Positions 9,422-17,798 of a stretch of 35,122 nt of DNA are shown here, in pieces. The notes under the pieces were generated by a model. That model worked only from the letters and a program-made list of their open reading frames with translations. It ran no database searches and had not been told where the DNA came from. The translations under genes were made by a program, and so were the position numbers. Source of the stretch: a virus. Taxonomy: Duplodnaviria; Caudoviricetes. Positions within the stretch are counted from its first letter, which is position 1; every line of letters starts with the position of its first letter. The DNA lies in IMG/VR virus record IMGVR_UViG_3300020118_000126, positions 1 to 35,122 of that record; one strand, 5' to 3'.

Positions 9422-9740
9422 TCATGGCAGCGGCCGAACGGTTGCCGACAATTCTGCGATGGAAGGGCCAGCAGGCGGTTCGTCGCTCGGATCTGGCGGT
9501 GGTGCTTCGGCGTCCCATTTGACCCCGACGGCGTGCGCGATCGCCTTCGCCGTAATGTGGAGCGGAGGAGCGTGTCGTCGCCAATACGAGTTCATCGCCT
9601 CGGCGCGCGCCATCGTCCATTCTTCGATCCGGTCCCACGAGCCGCCTTCCACGCCTGCCGCCACGAGGCTGCAGACGAGGTCTGTCAGCTGCTGGTCGAG
9701 GCTCCCGCCGCTTGGGTCGGTTCCGAGGGAGCCTTCGCTT
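9422..9740 (-). CDS. Tail assembly chaperone C-terminal segment (gpT-like), reached by -1 frameshift
   Basis: The -1 frame is open from the slippery site to TGA 9422 (GSEGSLGTDPSGGSLDQQLTDLVCSLVAAGVEGGSWDRIEEWTM...YWRRHAPPLH). Confidence 0.8.
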
Positions 9741-10065
9741 CCCCCTTTGGGGCGAGCCCGGATTCGGCGAGGACATCGCGTAGCGCGGTACCGAGCGCGG
9801 CCATGTCTTCCGGGCCTATCATGTCGTCCAGCGCTTCAGCGGTGAGTTCCGGATCGATCTTCTGCAGGCCGATCGCGAGAATAGCCACGATGTGCTCGGT
9901 ATTTTCGAGCAGTCCGGTGATGGTGCCAGGAGCGCCATCCGCGCCATCGCCCAGGGCCTGGACAGACGCGTTGATCGCGTCGATGTGCGGCGCAGCGCGG
10001 CGGAGCGCGCCGAGCTTGTAGGGGGCGATCTCGAAAGACCGCCCCCCAAGAGCCAGCGTCGCCAT
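9685..10065 (-). CDS. Tail assembly chaperone (gpG-like)
   Basis: Between tail tube and tape measure; TAATG coupling; carries the slippery site. Confidence 0.85.
   Translation of the reverse strand: MATLALGGRSFEIAPYKLGALRRAAPHIDAINASVQALGDGADGAPGTITGLLENTEHIVAILAIGLQKIDPELTAEALDDMIGPEDMAALGTALRDVLAESGLAPKGEAKAPSEPTQAAGASTSS
9739..9752 (-). other. Programmed -1 ribosomal frameshift site CCCCAAAGGGGGAA
   Basis: In-frame GCC CCA AAG GGG GAA contains C-CCA-AAG and A-AAG-GGG (X XXY YYZ) plus G-GGG-GAA, at the canonical gpG/gpGT position. Confidence 0.85.
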
Positions 10066-10829
10066 TATGCAATGGTCCCGAACTGGAAGACGTTGTTGCT
10101 GGAGTCAGCGAAGGCCATCATGTCGACCTCGTTGATCGTCCAGTCGTCCTGCTTGGTGGCGAAGCTGAACTTCGTCACCATCGCCGCATAGAGCGCGAGG
10201 GTCATGCCGCTGCGCGGGTTGAGCAGATCGACCTTCATCGTCGGCGCGGCGCCCATCGGCGCATTGACGACCAGCGCCTTCTTCGCCGTGGTCGACGTCG
10301 CGGTATAGACATAGTCGATATAGACCGTCTTGCCGGTGTCCGCCGCGGCGAACAGATAGGCACCGGCGGTGACGCTGAACTGCCCCGTGGCCGGTGCGCT
10401 GGCGACCTGCGTGTAGGGGTTGCCCAATGCGTCGCGGACCGCGAGCGTGCGCGACCAGGTGCCGCTGCTCGGAACGGTCGGCGTAATCGTGAACGGCGTG
10501 GCCGGGATCAGCGCGCCCGTGGTGTCGTAGACGACGCCGGCAATACCGCTGGCGATCGGCTGGCCGACGATGACTGACTGAAACAGCAGGCCATCGAGCC
10601 GCGCGAACTTCGCCTTACACTCGATCTTCAGCTTGCCGCGCCCGAACGCTACCGCGGCCATGTTCTGGCCGTGCAGCGGCTTGGCATCCCACGAGAAATC
10701 GACGCTGACGTCCTGCAGCGTGCCGATCAGGATCGGCGTCGGCAGAGCAACGGCGGCGCCGGTGTAATCAGTGAGCTGCGTCGTCCAGAGCGAACCGCTG
10801 CCGAACGAATAGGTGTCATTTGCGGCCAT
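10065..10829 (-). CDS. Major tail tube protein
   Basis: FGSGSLW, GTLQDVSVDFS...K.LHGQ, FATKQDDW; AAGGA RBS; position before the chaperones. Confidence 0.85.
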   Translation of the reverse strand: MAANDTYSFGSGSLWTTQLTDYTGAAVALPTPILIGTLQDVSVDFSWDAKPLHGQNMAAVAFGRGKLKIECKAKFARLDGLLFQSVIVGQPIASGIAGVVYDTTGALIPATPFTITPTVPSSGTWSRTLAVRDALGNPYTQVASAPATGQFSVTAGAYLFAAADTGKTVYIDYVYTATSTTAKKALVVNAPMGAAPTMKVDLLNPRSGMTLALYAAMVTKFSFATKQDDWTINEVDMMAFADSSNNVFQFGTIA

Positions 10830-10899
10830 GGAACATTCCTTCTTTCAAAGAGAAACCGTCGGAATCCTCCGAGGGCAGGGGCGGCCGTGTGGCCGGGGA

Positions 10900-11133
10900 T
10901 CAGTCTGCGGGCGACACGGCCGGGGCATCGGTCGGCGGCGCGGCGTTAGCCGTTGGCGCCTTACCCGCGCGGCGCGGCGCGCCATCTGGCGCGGGGGCGA
11001 AGCCATAAACAGCAAGGCCGCCCAGATCGCCCTCGGACGCGTCGTCCGGGACATCGACAAAGCCATCGACGACAGTGAGAGGGCCGGTCGAAAGGTTGAT
11101 GCCGGACACGTCAGCGGGCGCTGAATATCGCAT
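10900..11133 (-). CDS. Small hypothetical virion-module protein (77 aa)
   Basis: GGAG RBS; GC3-rich codons; between tail terminator and tail tube. Confidence 0.7.
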   Translation of the reverse strand: MRYSAPADVSGINLSTGPLTVVDGFVDVPDDASEGDLGGLAVYGFAPAPDGAPRRAGKAPTANAAPPTDAPAVSPAD

Positions 11134-11154
11134 GATATTCTCCAGTGAATTGGA

Positions 11155-11577
11155 TCAGGGCAGGGTGATGCGAACGGGGATCCGGGCGATTGCCTGGGGA
11201 CCTTGATCGCCGGGCGAGATGTCGCTCTTCCCCTCGATGCGGCACCAATAGACGAGACCGCCGATCGTGAAGCGGTTCTGGTCGTCCGGCGACAAGCAGG
11301 CGCGAACCTCTTTCTCGAGGCCCGTCAGCGCAGCATCGGGCGCGACGTCCAGATTCTGCCCGGCGTTGCAGTAAATCCAGATCTCGCACTCCATCGTGAT
11401 GATGGGCATGCTGCCGGTGTGGTGGTCGGACATGCCGGTCCGGCGAAGGAACAGCGCGGGCTGATTGGCGCACTGGGTCCAGTGGATGACCCGGCGTCCC
11501 GTACTGACGAAGCTCGGCACCGCCGCGGCGATGTGCGTGAGCAGCGCCTCCATGACGGCCTCGAAATCGGCGCTCAT
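11155..11577 (-). CDS. Tail terminator/completion protein
   Basis: 140 aa; QPALFL and TIGGLVYWCRIEG motifs; position. Confidence 0.75.
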   Translation of the reverse strand: MSADFEAVMEALLTHIAAAVPSFVSTGRRVIHWTQCANQPALFLRRTGMSDHHTGSMPIITMECEIWIYCNAGQNLDVAPDAALTGLEKEVRACLSPDDQNRFTIGGLVYWCRIEGKSDISPGDQGPQAIARIPVRITLP

Positions 11578-12074
11578 TCGTTCGCTCCTGCCACGGCCTT
11601 TTCGACAACGGCATTGAGGCGCTCGACGATCTCACCGCGCATCGCAGCGAGCGGGCCGCGCTCAAAACGGTGCGCCGAAATGTTCGGCGTGCGTGAATAT
11701 GCCTCGACAATGACGTCCATCGGCGCCGACAGGGCTCGATCAAAGACGTGGTCGAGCTTGCGCGAGTGCGACTTGACCTTGGTCTCTTTGTGGGCGCCGT
11801 ATTCCAGCGCACCCGCCTTGCGGAGATCGTTGATCGTGCCGTCACCGATGTCGACGTAACCGGTGATCCGCTCTTTGTCGGCGAAGACGCGGACCCGCTC
11901 CTGGCTCCGCAGTTGGCCCGTCTTCGAGGGCGTTTTCGCCTCGATGCGCTCGAACAGCTCGCGCGACAGGCTGTCGATCGCCAGCCTCAGTTCCTCATAG
12001 AGCGCATCGGGAAATTCTTCGAAGCGCAGGCCTGCCTGGCGATCGCCGGTAAGCCCGATCCAGATCGAGTCCAT
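11574..12074 (-). CDS. HK97 gp10-like neck protein
   Basis: TPSKTGQLRS and ALEYG motifs; start ATG 12074 overlaps the upstream TGA. Confidence 0.75.
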   Translation of the reverse strand: MDSIWIGLTGDRQAGLRFEEFPDALYEELRLAIDSLSRELFERIEAKTPSKTGQLRSQERVRVFADKERITGYVDIGDGTINDLRKAGALEYGAHKETKVKSHSRKLDHVFDRALSAPMDVIVEAYSRTPNISAHRFERGPLAAMRGEIVERLNAVVEKAVAGANE

Positions 12075-12964
12075 CAGGCGACGACCGGGACGTGATAATT
12101 CTGCAGCATCGCGTCGATATCGGGCGGTAGCGCGCCCGACTGACCCGGCGCGCCGCCAAACCAAAAGCGCTCCGTCCCGACTCCGGGGGTTTCGCGCTGG
12201 ATCAGCGACGGGTCGCGGCCCTTCGCTTTATGCCGCCCGACGACGAGCCTGAGACAGGCCTCTTCGATGTCGTCCGGCACGTTCTGCGTCGCATAGGTGA
12301 AGGTCAGCGCCGCGCTCGCATCGGCAGCATTGAAGGTATAGATGCCCGCGACCGCGGTATATTGCCCCACGGCCGGGCTCGCCGCGACGCGGGTGAGCGT
12401 GACGCCGCTGGCCCGCTTCACGCTCTGGTCGCACGAGAAGGTCGCAGCGCCCGCAACGGTCACCGTATAAGGTCCCGTGGCGGGCACCGGACGGCTCTCG
12501 ACCACCGACGTGCCGAACCCGGCGACATAGCTGACCGTCAGCGGCAGCGCCGCCCAAGCCATCATGCGCCCGGTCGAGGAATCCAGCCGGACCAGCGTTC
12601 CGGTCTCATAGTTGACCTGGAAGTCAGCATTCTCGACCAGTACGGTGACCGTCTCGGCATTATAGGATGCCTGTTCAACCAGGGTGACCGAGATCACCGG
12701 CCAGCGGCTCAGCTGGATCGTCCACAGCCCTGCCGGGACGTGGTTGCGGGTCCGCGCGATATAGAACTGGTCTTCGATATGTTCCGGCGCGAACACGCGG
12801 TTGGTCGCGTTCATCACCGTCTTCGAAATCTGGCTGATCACCCGCGAAATCCACGCGTCATCGGTCGTCGCCGTGATTCCCAACTCGCTTTTGGCGATGG
12901 CGAGGGTCGTCAGATCGTAGCTGGCCGCTGGTGCCAGGATGGTCGTGACGACCTCAGTGCTCAT
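12074..12964 (-). CDS. Head-tail adaptor (HK97 gp6/SPP1 gp15-like) with inserted beta-domain
   Basis: DLTTLAIAKSELGI, LSRWPVISV, VSYVAGF, VPDDIEEACLRLV. Start ATG 12964 in an ATGA overlap. Confidence 0.82.
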   Translation of the reverse strand: MSTEVVTTILAPAASYDLTTLAIAKSELGITATTDDAWISRVISQISKTVMNATNRVFAPEHIEDQFYIARTRNHVPAGLWTIQLSRWPVISVTLVEQASYNAETVTVLVENADFQVNYETGTLVRLDSSTGRMMAWAALPLTVSYVAGFGTSVVESRPVPATGPYTVTVAGAATFSCDQSVKRASGVTLTRVAASPAVGQYTAVAGIYTFNAADASAALTFTYATQNVPDDIEEACLRLVVGRHKAKGRDPSLIQRETPGVGTERFWFGGAPGQSGALPPDIDAMLQNYHVPVVA

Positions 12965-14133
12965 TGCCATGACGCATCAGGCCTCCCGCTTTCGCGCCAC
13001 TCGCCGACCGATTGGATGACGGGCGCTGTCTCGGGTCCGAGCTCGGCCGGCCAAAGCACCATCAATTCGAGGTGGCCGATCGGCACCCGGTTCGCGAGGT
13101 GCAGGGCGTTCCCGGCTGCTTCCCAGTCCCGCCAGAAGGCGATGTCACCATCGGTGCGGCCTTCGTTCCACGAGCCATCGGGTGCGGGCACATCATGGAA
13201 CCACGGCTTGGGCAGCGCGCGGAGCTTCTCGGCGCGGATCAGCGTCAGGCCGAAATGAGCGGTCGATACGCGCGCGAGATCTCCGGCAAATGTGTCGATC
13301 GGCACACCGACGGCATTGGCGCCGCCTGCGGCCCGGATCGTGAACAGCCGGCCACTGACCGTGCCCCGCCCCGCCTGGACCGCGGCGATCGCGTCGGCCT
13401 CCGGATAGCAGCACATCAGCTGCATCAGCAGCGAGACGTCCCGGGCGGTGAACACCGAGTCATAGTCGAGCGTCAGGATCGCATCGGGCGCGTCCTCACG
13501 AATAGCTTCCTCGATCGCACGCTCGAGGCACTGGCCCCAGAAGGCGCCGGTGCAGCGGCGAAGCTTGATGTTCAGCCGCGGCAGCGCCTCAATGCTCGCG
13601 AACATGTTATCCATGAAGCCGAGCCGTGGCACGGACATGACGGCCGACACGGAAATCTCGGATCGGTGCGGCTTCGTCCCGACCAGGTTGAGCGAGATCG
13701 GCAGTGCGGCGCAGTCGGCGAGTTCAGATTGCCATGGGCGGATGAGCATCAGCCCAGCCTGCGCCATCGCGCGATTCAACTGCTCTTCGTCGAACAAGGC
13801 CTTGTGAAAGTCGTCGGGGGCCGACTGGCCGCCCATGATGTAGCCCTCGGTCGGCTGGCGCGCGCCAGCGAGATAGTTTTCGGCGATCTTCGCAAAGTCA
13901 GGGACGGCGACGCTCAGGGTGCCGCCTGGCCTCAGGACTCGGGTCCAATCGGCCAGCACCGCGGCGATCTCGCCGGAAGGGTAGTGCTCGAGCACATGTG
14001 ACGCCCGGATAGCTTCGACGGTGCCGTCAGCATGCGGGAGCGGATAGATGGCGGAGCCGTGCGCGTTACCCATCGGCGTAAAGCCATCGGGCGAAACGGC
14101 GCCGGCGCCGAGGTCGAGGCGAAGTGCGCTCAC
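12961..14133 (-). CDS. Class I SAM-methyltransferase fused to GT-A-fold glycosyltransferase-like domain (390 aa)
   Basis: N-half: LRLDLGAG (motif I), ASHVLEH, RVLRPGGTLSVAVPD. C-half: ILTLDYDSVF (DxD), HFGLTLIR, KPWF, GDIAFW, IGHLE. GTG 14133 overlaps the upstream TGA. Confidence 0.8.
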   Translation of the reverse strand: MSALRLDLGAGAVSPDGFTPMGNAHGSAIYPLPHADGTVEAIRASHVLEHYPSGEIAAVLADWTRVLRPGGTLSVAVPDFAKIAENYLAGARQPTEGYIMGGQSAPDDFHKALFDEEQLNRAMAQAGLMLIRPWQSELADCAALPISLNLVGTKPHRSEISVSAVMSVPRLGFMDNMFASIEALPRLNIKLRRCTGAFWGQCLERAIEEAIREDAPDAILTLDYDSVFTARDVSLLMQLMCCYPEADAIAAVQAGRGTVSGRLFTIRAAGGANAVGVPIDTFAGDLARVSTAHFGLTLIRAEKLRALPKPWFHDVPAPDGSWNEGRTDGDIAFWRDWEAAGNALHLANRVPIGHLELMVLWPAELGPETAPVIQSVGEWRESGRPDASWQ

Positions 14134-14489
14134 TTTGCGCTCTCCGGCGTGCGGAGCGCGAGGGTCCGCATGTCTTCCAGATGATAACGAACCGCTGAAA
14201 TCTCGCCGGCCAGGTCCTTCGCCTGTGATGGGCGAATGCCCTCGTCCCACGCGGCATCTGCGGCGGCCTGGAGGAACGCGCGGACGTCGTGGTCACCGCC
14301 ATTCCAAAGCTCGCGGGACATGACAAAAACCTCGTCCTCTGGCGGAATCTCTCCGGGCGGGAAGGTTTTGATTGTGAATGGCTGGACGAACCCGCGCTGG
14401 CTCGGGCCTCCGCCCTCATCCTTCACGCAGATCGCTAAACGGACTGAGCCGCCAGCGCGCGAGCGCTCGACGAAAAATTCGTACTTCAT
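14130..14489 (-). CDS. Hypothetical protein (119 aa)
   Basis: GAGG RBS; GTGA coupling to the MTase-GT gene. Confidence 0.7.
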   Translation of the reverse strand: MKYEFFVERSRAGGSVRLAICVKDEGGGPSQRGFVQPFTIKTFPPGEIPPEDEVFVMSRELWNGGDHDVRAFLQAAADAAWDEGIRPSQAKDLAGEISAVRYHLEDMRTLALRTPESAK

Positions 14490-14516
14490 GTGTCGGAGAC
14501 CTCTGTCGGGAGGGGT

Positions 14517-14612
14517 GGCGGAGCCCGGCCGACACCGAGCCCCGCCTGTCAGCGCGCTGACATTTCGTCCGGGTGTCGGCCCGGATTCGGTTATTCGGCT
14601 GCGGGCTCCGCC
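14517..14612. repeat. Nested inverted repeats/hairpins downstream of the capsid gene block
   Basis: Perfect palindrome TGTCAGCGCGCTGACA 14547-14562; GGCCGACACC 14527-14536 / GGTGTCGGCC 14572-14581; GGCGGAGCCCG 14517-14527 / CGGGCTCCGCC 14602-14612; 13-bp G-U-containing hairpin 14517-14546 on the - strand. Confidence 0.7.
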
Positions 14613-14743
14613 GCAGGCTCGGCAGCGGGTTCATCCCCCGCCTGCGCCTCGGCTTCGTCCAGCTTAGCAGCGGCCTGGGCGTACGCCTCGTAAGCGTCCG
14701 CTACGGCCTTGCGCAGCGCGTCGACGTTGGTGGCCCTCGCCAC
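14591..14743 (-). CDS. 50-aa acidic helical protein with EPAA repeats (not in ORF track)
   Basis: GGAGG RBS, GTG 14743: MARATNVDALRKAVADAYEAYAQAAAKLDEAEAQAGDEPAAEPAAEPAAE*. Confidence 0.7.
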   Translation of the reverse strand: MARATNVDALRKAVADAYEAYAQAAAKLDEAEAQAGDEPAAEPAAEPAAE

Positions 14744-14746
14744 GGC

Positions 14747-15190
14747 TCAGGCCTCCGCCAGCGTCATGGCGTTAGCCTTGGCCGCCGTGATCGGGGCCTG
14801 CTCGCCCCGGCCCAGGTTGGCCAGCACCGTCACCGTCTGGGTGGTCTGCGGGCTATAGACCGGCTGGATGTAGCGCTTGCGCGCCCGCAGATCGACGTTG
14901 AACTTGTAGTTGTTCTGCACGACCGCCGTCGCCGCAGTGTTGGCGTTGGGGATCGTGAAGTCGGTGCCGCCCCGGAAGCCGACGATGTCGGCGAACGACG
15001 AGGCGTTCGTGACATCGGCCTCCTGAAGCTTCAGGACGGTCGGAACGTTGGACACGACGTCCGCGGTCGACGCGATGACGTCGATCGTGGCGAAGTCGTA
15101 GCCCATCGTGTCGATGATGCCGGATGCGGTGGCGCCGTTCGTCTTCGAGACGCCGTTCACCGCGACAATGGTCTTCAGTTGAGGAAACAT
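14747..15190 (-). CDS. Probable capsid decoration/cement protein (147 aa)
   Basis: Directly after the major capsid gene; GGAG RBS; beta-rich and Thr/Val/Ala-rich; strongly biased codons. Confidence 0.7.
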   Translation of the reverse strand: MFPQLKTIVAVNGVSKTNGATASGIIDTMGYDFATIDVIASTADVVSNVPTVLKLQEADVTNASSFADIVGFRGGTDFTIPNANTAATAVVQNNYKFNVDLRARKRYIQPVYSPQTTQTVTVLANLGRGEQAPITAAKANAMTLAEA

Positions 15191-15237
15191 GGAAATTCTC
15201 CGTCAAAAACGGTTGTCTGGGAAGGTGAGGGCGGCCG

Positions 15238-16551
15238 TTACGGCGACTTCGCGGCGACCAGTGGCCCGGCAACGGTATTGTCACCAAGGTCGTGGTTGTT
15301 GATGTCGAAGCGCTCGGTGCCGAGCAGGCCGATCTGGTCGTTCTCGAAATAGCGATGATCGGACCGCTTGATCGTCACACCGCGGCGCTCGCCGAGGGCC
15401 GAAGCCTTGGCGAGATCGCCGAAATAGAACATCGGCTTGCCGGAGCCCGGCGTCGCGACCGGCAGCTTCTGGGCGAACTTGACCGGGAACCCGGCGAGGC
15501 GCGGCGCGATCGGGTTTTCCAGAATGTCGATCGTGTTGCCACCGGCCTTCGCCTTGAGCCGCGCGACGATGCCGTAGAACGCCTGCTGCGACATATACCA
15601 CTTCGCACCCGCGAGGGCATATTGCGGCAGCATCCCCATAACCCCGAAGAGATCGTCCTGGGTCATCGCACCCCATGTCGCCGACGACACCTGGAACTGG
15701 CCAGCGGTGTGGTTGCCGTCCTGGAACAGGAACGACAGGCCTCGGATGCCGCCGAACCCGGACGAGCCATCACCGTTGAAGCCGCAATCGTCCTCCTTCG
15801 CGGCGAACGCATAGGCGATTTCGCCAACAAGCCAGTCCGCGACAGAGATGACGGCGTCTTCCGCGATTTCATTCGACATGCGGGTGAGCGCACCGAGCTT
15901 TTTCGCGGTCAGGTTGATGTTGTCCCAGATCGCCTGAGACTCGGCGACGGCCGAATTCTCGGCGGTGAACGAGGCGGTGAGCCCGCCGACGCGGCGCGGC
16001 CAGTTCAGCGTGTCGCTGCCCATCGGCACGACCTGACATTCCTGGCGGAACACGCCGAACTCTTCGCGAAGCACGATGATGTTCGCGAGCAGTTCCTCGG
16101 GGACGAGGAAGCCGCCCGCCGAGTTGACGTTCTCGCCCTGGGCCTTCTCGACCGCGATGCCGCGCGACTTACACCAGTCCTTGGCCTCGGCGTTGTCGAA
16201 CATCGTCGCCTTGAACCACATACCCGCGGTGTAAGCCTGGTCGACCGCGCGGACGGTCTGGCCAGCGACCTCCTGATCCTTGAAGTGCTTCAGCTGCCCA
16301 TAGAATTTATGGGCGCTTGCCGGGGCGGCCGGGGTCATGCGCTCCTGGCCCGCGACCGGCGTGGCGAGGTTCGCGGCAACCTTCTCGGCCTCCTCGACGC
16401 GCGCGAGCTGCTTCTGCAGATCGGCGATCTTTTCTTTCAAGGCGTCATAGACGTCCTCCTTAAAACCGTCGGCCTCGGACTTGCCGGCCATCAGTTCCAG
16501 TTCATCGACAGCCTTGCTCAGCGCCTGCCGAAGCTCATGCTTCTTAGCCAT
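15238..16551 (-). CDS. HK97-fold major capsid protein with N-terminal coiled-coil scaffold (437 aa)
   Basis: SAGGFLVPEE, LTAKKLGAL..MSNE..ED, FNGDG, FGDL, TERFD; follows the prohead protease. Confidence 0.95.
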   Translation of the reverse strand: MAKKHELRQALSKAVDELELMAGKSEADGFKEDVYDALKEKIADLQKQLARVEEAEKVAANLATPVAGQERMTPAAPASAHKFYGQLKHFKDQEVAGQTVRAVDQAYTAGMWFKATMFDNAEAKDWCKSRGIAVEKAQGENVNSAGGFLVPEELLANIIVLREEFGVFRQECQVVPMGSDTLNWPRRVGGLTASFTAENSAVAESQAIWDNINLTAKKLGALTRMSNEIAEDAVISVADWLVGEIAYAFAAKEDDCGFNGDGSSGFGGIRGLSFLFQDGNHTAGQFQVSSATWGAMTQDDLFGVMGMLPQYALAGAKWYMSQQAFYGIVARLKAKAGGNTIDILENPIAPRLAGFPVKFAQKLPVATPGSGKPMFYFGDLAKASALGERRGVTIKRSDHRYFENDQIGLLGTERFDINNHDLGDNTVAGPLVAAKSP

Positions 16552-16661
16552 GTGGGGGCTCCATCTGTGGGAATGCGGTCGCCATCGCGGCGGTCGCGGT
16601 GCGGCTTGCCCAAGGCCGGATGGGGCGTTCGCCTCGCGGCGAATTCTAAAATGATTGCCGA
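16552..16661 (-). promoter_or_regulatory. Structured leader of the major capsid gene
   Basis: Hairpins TTCGCC-GCGA-GGCGAA (16628-16643) and CGGCCTT-GGGC-AAGCCG (16602-16618); CCATC can pair with GATGG next to the RBS. Confidence 0.4.
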
Positions 16662-17786
16662 TCAGCCGATCGGCGGGAGGGTCGCGCGAAGCTCGCGCGC
16701 CTCTTTCAGGCGCCGCTCTTCGGGGGTCAGGTTGATGGGCACCTCGACCGGGGGCGCGGCCAGCTCGATCACCTGATCGTCATCCTCGTCGCCAGGCTCT
16801 TCCTCGGCGTCGTCGTCCATCAGGTCCTTGATGCACTTGCCCATCTGCTCGAGATGATCGAGCGCTTTGCCGAGCGCCGTCTTGGTCGCGGCGGAGAGCT
16901 TGCGCCCGGCCTTGTTCTGGACGTTCGCGTCGACCTCGCTGGGCGGCACGACCTCGTCGGGCGGCGACAGCGCGTTATCGGGGGCGGAATCGTCGCCCAC
17001 CGTGCGCAACGTGAGGCCCTGATCGAGCACCAGCACCTCGTCCGGGTTCTTCGCCCAGGCCTTCACGACATCCCGAACGCGCTTGGCCGCGTCTGCGGAA
17101 ATCGCCTTGGTGGCCTGGATATAGAACCGCGGCTCGGAGCCACTCTTCGCCTGGCTGCGCAGCGCTTCGAGATCCTTGCGCGGCAGGAACACCGTGTCGC
17201 CGCTGTCGAGCACCTTCTCCGCCCAATCCATGAGCGGTGCGGTATTGATGCCCATGCTGCGGGCCTCGATCAGAGCCGAGGGATTGGCCGGAATTGAGCA
17301 GCAGGAAATTTCCAGAAGCTCTTGTTTTGTAAAGTTTATTCCGTATGGCCGCTCTTTGTCGGTGCTCCATGCCCATTCCTTGGGCATGAAGCCGACCGAG
17401 ACGGCGCGAAGGAAACCGGCGTCGACCAAGCGGAAGATCGTGTCGGCCAACGGATAGACTTCCGCCGAAGCGAATTCGATGTCGCCAACCAGTTGATCAT
17501 TGATCACCGAGACGTTCGATGCGCGGCCGATTGGCGGCTCCCACGACATGTGGCTGAACAGCGCGACCGGGTTCTTGTTGAAGATCGACAGGCCCCAGCC
17601 CTTGGGATCGATCGAGTCCTTCGAATGGTCGACGGTCGCGTCGCTGAACACGAAGCGCTTGGTGCGCGCCGCGCCTTCGACTTCCTGGGCGTCGCCCGTC
17701 GAGAAGCGGAAGATCATGCCATCGGCCTGTCCGCCATCCTTGGCAGCAGCGCGGAAATCATCGGCGGAGAGAAGGTTCATCGGCAT
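16662..17786 (-). CDS. HK97-family prohead protease with C-terminal extension
   Basis: NPVALFSH, PPIGR, LRAVSVGF, LLEISCCSIPANPSAL; acidic C-terminal tail with KAGRKLS. Confidence 0.92.
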   Translation of the reverse strand: MPMNLLSADDFRAAAKDGGQADGMIFRFSTGDAQEVEGAARTKRFVFSDATVDHSKDSIDPKGWGLSIFNKNPVALFSHMSWEPPIGRASNVSVINDQLVGDIEFASAEVYPLADTIFRLVDAGFLRAVSVGFMPKEWAWSTDKERPYGINFTKQELLEISCCSIPANPSALIEARSMGINTAPLMDWAEKVLDSGDTVFLPRKDLEALRSQAKSGSEPRFYIQATKAISADAAKRVRDVVKAWAKNPDEVLVLDQGLTLRTVGDDSAPDNALSPPDEVVPPSEVDANVQNKAGRKLSAATKTALGKALDHLEQMGKCIKDLMDDDAEEEPGDEDDDQVIELAAPPVEVPINLTPEERRLKEARELRATLPPIG

Positions 17787-17798
17787 CACCGCGGCTCC

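Noticed and set aside
9417-9776. Apparent broken gene or pseudogene before the tape measure
   Set aside because: Explained by the programmed -1 frameshift of the tail chaperone.
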